This document shows positions 60,591 through 64,000 of a stretch of DNA of 64,000 nucleotides, piece by piece; within the stretch, counting starts at the first letter, position 1, and each line of letters starts with the position of its first letter. Location: the NCBI GenBank assembly GCA_026025075.1, contig JAPEUI010000081.1:1-64000 (forward strand), given 5' to 3'. The translations under genes were made by a program, and so were the position numbers. The notes beneath the pieces were generated by a model. That model was not told the DNA's origin, did not search any database, and saw nothing but the letters and a program-made list of their open reading frames with translations. Origin of the DNA: Vezdaea acicularis (lineage: Eukaryota).

Positions 60591-61931
60591 GGTTATGTTG
60601 CATTCATGCATGCGTACTTTATGTTCTCTATTTCCCTCAACCACTTCTACCTATCTCGCTCACCAGGGGAAAAAGGTGGAATACATTAGGTCCTTTTTGC
60701 GTTAGCGATCCGCTTAACGTTATCTCAACCACGGGCAAGACTTGATTTATCCGTGTTCCACTTGAAGATGTGTCATGCCTTTCACAAGCTCTATAGTAGT
60801 GAAATTCACAGTCAAAGCATCTCATGAGTTATTAGAAGGCTTATTACCGAGCGACTCTCAGGGTGTACGATTACCAACCTAGCCACCGTAATGGACTCCG
60901 GAAACACAAAAACCCCTCTTCCATTTACTCCGTGGACGAAGAACCTGGGTAAGAAATGCTGTTCCTAGACCACAATGAGTTATGTGAAGGTCTCCCATTT
61001 TCTTTGATATTTGTTAATAATGATAGTGACGACGGAAATTGTATCGAGAGAATGAATATGTGTCAGATACTTACTTTTTTCCACTGATTTTGCAGTCTCA
61101 CTTAACAGATAATTAGAGTGAAGAGGCCAAAGCGTATGCAAGCACCGTGACGAGAGTTGCCGACACGACAAGACCTCGACTTAATTAGATCGCCCATCCG
61201 AGGCGATTAAGAATGTATTCTCTTATCAGAGACTGGGTGTGGTTAGGAAGGATCTGAATCGGTAGAGCTGAAGAATCTTCAAGTGAAAGATACACTTGGT
61301 AAAACTTGTTGAAAGTACAGGTGCTCTGCTTATCATCAAAAGATCCGCAACTGTTCTCGTTACCTCGCCAAGTGCTCTCTACCCGCATTCGTCTCCAAGA
61401 GTCTTCCATTCTAGGATGGCGACATCTTAATTCCAATTCAGTGCTTGATCGTCGACAGTACTCCCTCGCAAAGTAGGAATCCCCTTGGGGGGATGGGGAG
61501 AGGGGGCGTACCCGTTAGTGCCCTGAGCTTTGGGCTCGGATCTTGCTAACTTTTCACGGCTAACAATATCTATCTCAACGAAATAGTAGAAGGCTTCTCG
61601 ATTTTCTACTAACGCCAGCCAAGCAGAAGTGCGATTGCTTGGGATTTTGTATTGCGGTTACAGTGTCTCTAGTGCTGCTTTATAGTATGCCCACTCAGTG
61701 GGAGCTATGCCCATGAGAGTGTGAAATAAAGCAAATTTGAAATACCGCACGCACGTTCAGATCCACTCGTACTCCCTAACACCTCACGTGTGCGGATGCC
61801 CGGACCATTCTCAACAGTATGTTCACGTCTCCAGATAGTGCGGTTCTTACATTGCTTCTTATCTAAAACCTCACCTCGCATTCAGATAATTGTTGCGTAG
61901 TCCATATTCACTGGTATCCTTCAACACCACC

Positions 61932-62618
61932 ATGCTATTCCTCCCCATCCTTATCGCCTGGAGCACGCTCATGTGTTCCACCGTAGCGCCCGACCCTCCA
62001 CGAAATTGGCCTGTACGTCTGTATCCAGAGCCAATATGCGCAGACCTACCAACTCCAGAATGGCTGTCTTGGCCCGAACGACTAGTGGAAGCGCTTTGGG
62101 ATCCGAATGTAGCCTTCCCCAGAGTTTCAGATCTATGCCTTGATGGGCATGGCCTCAATTGCTACTGTGAGGATATGGGGGACGAAGAGTACATTATGAG
62201 TTGCGACGAGCCTGTGTCCTGGGGTTCTCCCAATGAGACACTCCGAATAGGGCAGCTGTGCTACGAGGTATGCGTATGTGGGAACGAGAGGCAAGTGTTC
62301 CATAAGAAATTGTTAAAGAATTGGGTCGTGAGGCTCTTAGAGCTACCGAAGCCAGGCTTCATTGAATTTGAGGTGGACAGGGGAGGTAATTTAGTTCAAT
62401 TGGGCGATGAGAATGAGTGGGAGATGGTTCCGAGGATCGGCAGGACGGGGAGGAGAAATTGTGGTACCGGAGCGTGTGTGGGTAAGGTAAGAAGTAGGCG
62501 GGCGAGATCTGCGGGAAGGATATGTAGTGCTGGAGCAACCGTCTGCGCAGGGAAAAGGAGGTCTTTCCACAACACGAGAGATAGGATGCTGGGTTTTTCG
62601 TCCTTACCAGGCAGATGA
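61932..62618 (+). CDS. Secreted cysteine-rich protein, 8-Cys family member E
   Basis: Signal-like MLFLPILIAWSTLMCSTVA, then C..C..CYC..C..CYEVCVC. The 3' end is uncertain. Confidence 0.65.
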   Translation: MLFLPILIAWSTLMCSTVAPDPPRNWPVRLYPEPICADLPTPEWLSWPERLVEALWDPNVAFPRVSDLCLDGHGLNCYCEDMGDEEYIMSCDEPVSWGSPNETLRIGQLCYEVCVCGNERQVFHKKLLKNWVVRLLELPKPGFIEFEVDRGGNLVQLGDENEWEMVPRIGRTGRRNCGTGACVGKVRSRRARSAGRICSAGATVCAGKRRSFHNTRDRMLGFSSLPGR

Positions 62619-62756
62619 CGGCGAGCCTTGAAGATCATCCTTAATGTCACATCCACAGTTTTCATGTTTTGGCTAGTGCCTTGCGCTACAGAAGGCGAGA
62701 TTAGACAGCTTGAAAATTAGAAATGGTGACCCAGATGACCGGTTTGTGTTATCTGA

Positions 62757-64000
62757 TCAAGGCTTTAGACTCCGCGGGACATTGAAGATGGTCTGCCCTT
62801 CGTCTCCTACAGGCTTTCTTCCGATGGACAGTAGATCTTCCCAGACTGTGGGATAATTTGCTTTTATCCAGAGCTCGACTTCTTCTTTCCTATCATATTC
62901 CGGGATTGCGTTGTGAAATATTCCCAATCTGTAATATGTCAGAGACTGCTGAAAGGGCAAAGGATGAATCCTACATCAATGAGTCAGGTTTCATTCCGTT
63001 CTCCTCATGCATGATCTTGATCATATCCACTACCTCATCAAAAATACCTTGGCCTGCTAGAGCTCCGACGTAGGCGGCGAAAAGCTCTCTGGTGACCTGA
63101 ACGTTCATCTTTGTGACCCTATTCCAGATCTCTCTCGCCGGAACCTCTCCAAGGGGCAAAACCTCACATGCATACAGAGCAATGCATATACTGCCGTAAG
63201 TCGGGCCTTCGCGAGAGCGTGCAATATCTTCCCAAAATTCCAAGGCTCTGTCTGGCATCCCACAAAATGCATACGCTAACATTAAGGCGTTGTAAAGTTC
63301 TGTGTTGGGCTCGATATTCATCTCTAGCTTTAACAGATTATGCAACATCTTGAGTCCCTCTTGGTCCTTCAATCTTGCAACCCCTTCAAGGCACTGTACA
63401 TAAGTACCTACGCTAGGTCGATTGCTGAGATCCGGGTTTAGATGCATCTGCCTGAAGACGAGGCAGGCCAGATCAGAACGACCACGGTCGAAAAATTCCC
63501 GCATAAAGAAGGTCATTTCTGCCACAGTAGTCTCGGGGAAAATTTCGATACACAAGTTGTATGCTTCCCAGATGCGCCCGACACTGATATCTTGAATAGC
63601 ACAGAAGATACGGAAAGATTCTCGAACCTTTTGCCTGTCTTTAACTGAATAATGGAATGAATGGGCATTGAGAAGATCCAGCACATCTTCGTTTTGTCCA
63701 TCTAAAAGCTTAATATAACATAGGTCTGCCACTACATCAGGCTCAAGTCGTTTCTTTTGCTCTTCAAGATCCAGCGCTATGCTTAGGGCAGCCTCGCGAT
63801 TTGGGGCTGAACCACTACAGAGAGCGTGAATCAATCTATTGACTACTGTCCCGTCCTCGTCGTTCAAGGTTTCCTGTTCTTGTAAGCCAGCATATGCGGC
63901 TTGAGCACCGCTGAGGTCGCCAACATCGATTCGATACCCAATCTGGAGTATGAATGTTCTTGCATCAGGCTCTATCCTCCATCTCTTACCAAGATCAATG
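62757..64000 (-). CDS. PPR-repeat mitochondrial protein, complex I intermediate-associated CIA84-like (5' end outside the window)
   Basis: PPR-like helices (ELYNALMLAYAFCGMPDRALEFWEDI, LFAAYVGALAGQG..DEVVDMI), SREGPTY motif; last exon LGIFHNAIP...WIKANYPTVWEDL after an intron near 62975-62930. Confidence 0.75.

Noticed and set aside
60637..61436. Minus-strand fragments with CxxC (MRCFDCEFHYYRAC) as a decayed gene
   Set aside because: Could not build a coherent spliced frame.

Overview
Gene-dense, intron-containing fungal (filamentous ascomycete, Pezizomycotina-like) nuclear DNA. From about 1 to 46 kb it is mostly conserved housekeeping genes: VMA10, PET117, a coiled-coil protein, the group III hybrid histidine kinase NIK1/OS-1, mitochondrial ThrRS MST1, TMA23, an FN3/coiled-coil protein, SCOCO/Slo1, 14-3-3, INH1, NSP1, a Laa2-like protein, NDUFB8, SWR1 and APP1-like phosphatase. 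A cluster of three secreted cysteine-rich genes interrupts this block at 18.6-22.5 kb. From 46 to 62.6 kb the content looks accessory (DUF6594, MDR oxidoreductase, an orphan, a double zinc-ribbon protein, a CorA-like protein, a secreted amidase and two more cysteine-rich genes), and the window ends in a truncated CIA84-like PPR gene. The main discovery is a five-member family of divergent secreted proteins that share an 8-Cys module. Two members, one of them a four-exon gene invisible in the ORF track, also carry a 6-Cys module, a Kex2-type KR site and a conserved PCxCNSTYxSxxCCxxxxGLVW tail. Other points of interest are a CC1-box (dynein-adaptor-like) coiled-coil protein, an FFAT-like motif in the Laa2-like protein, and a pogo transposase relic. 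All splice models were read by eye and no database searches were run.
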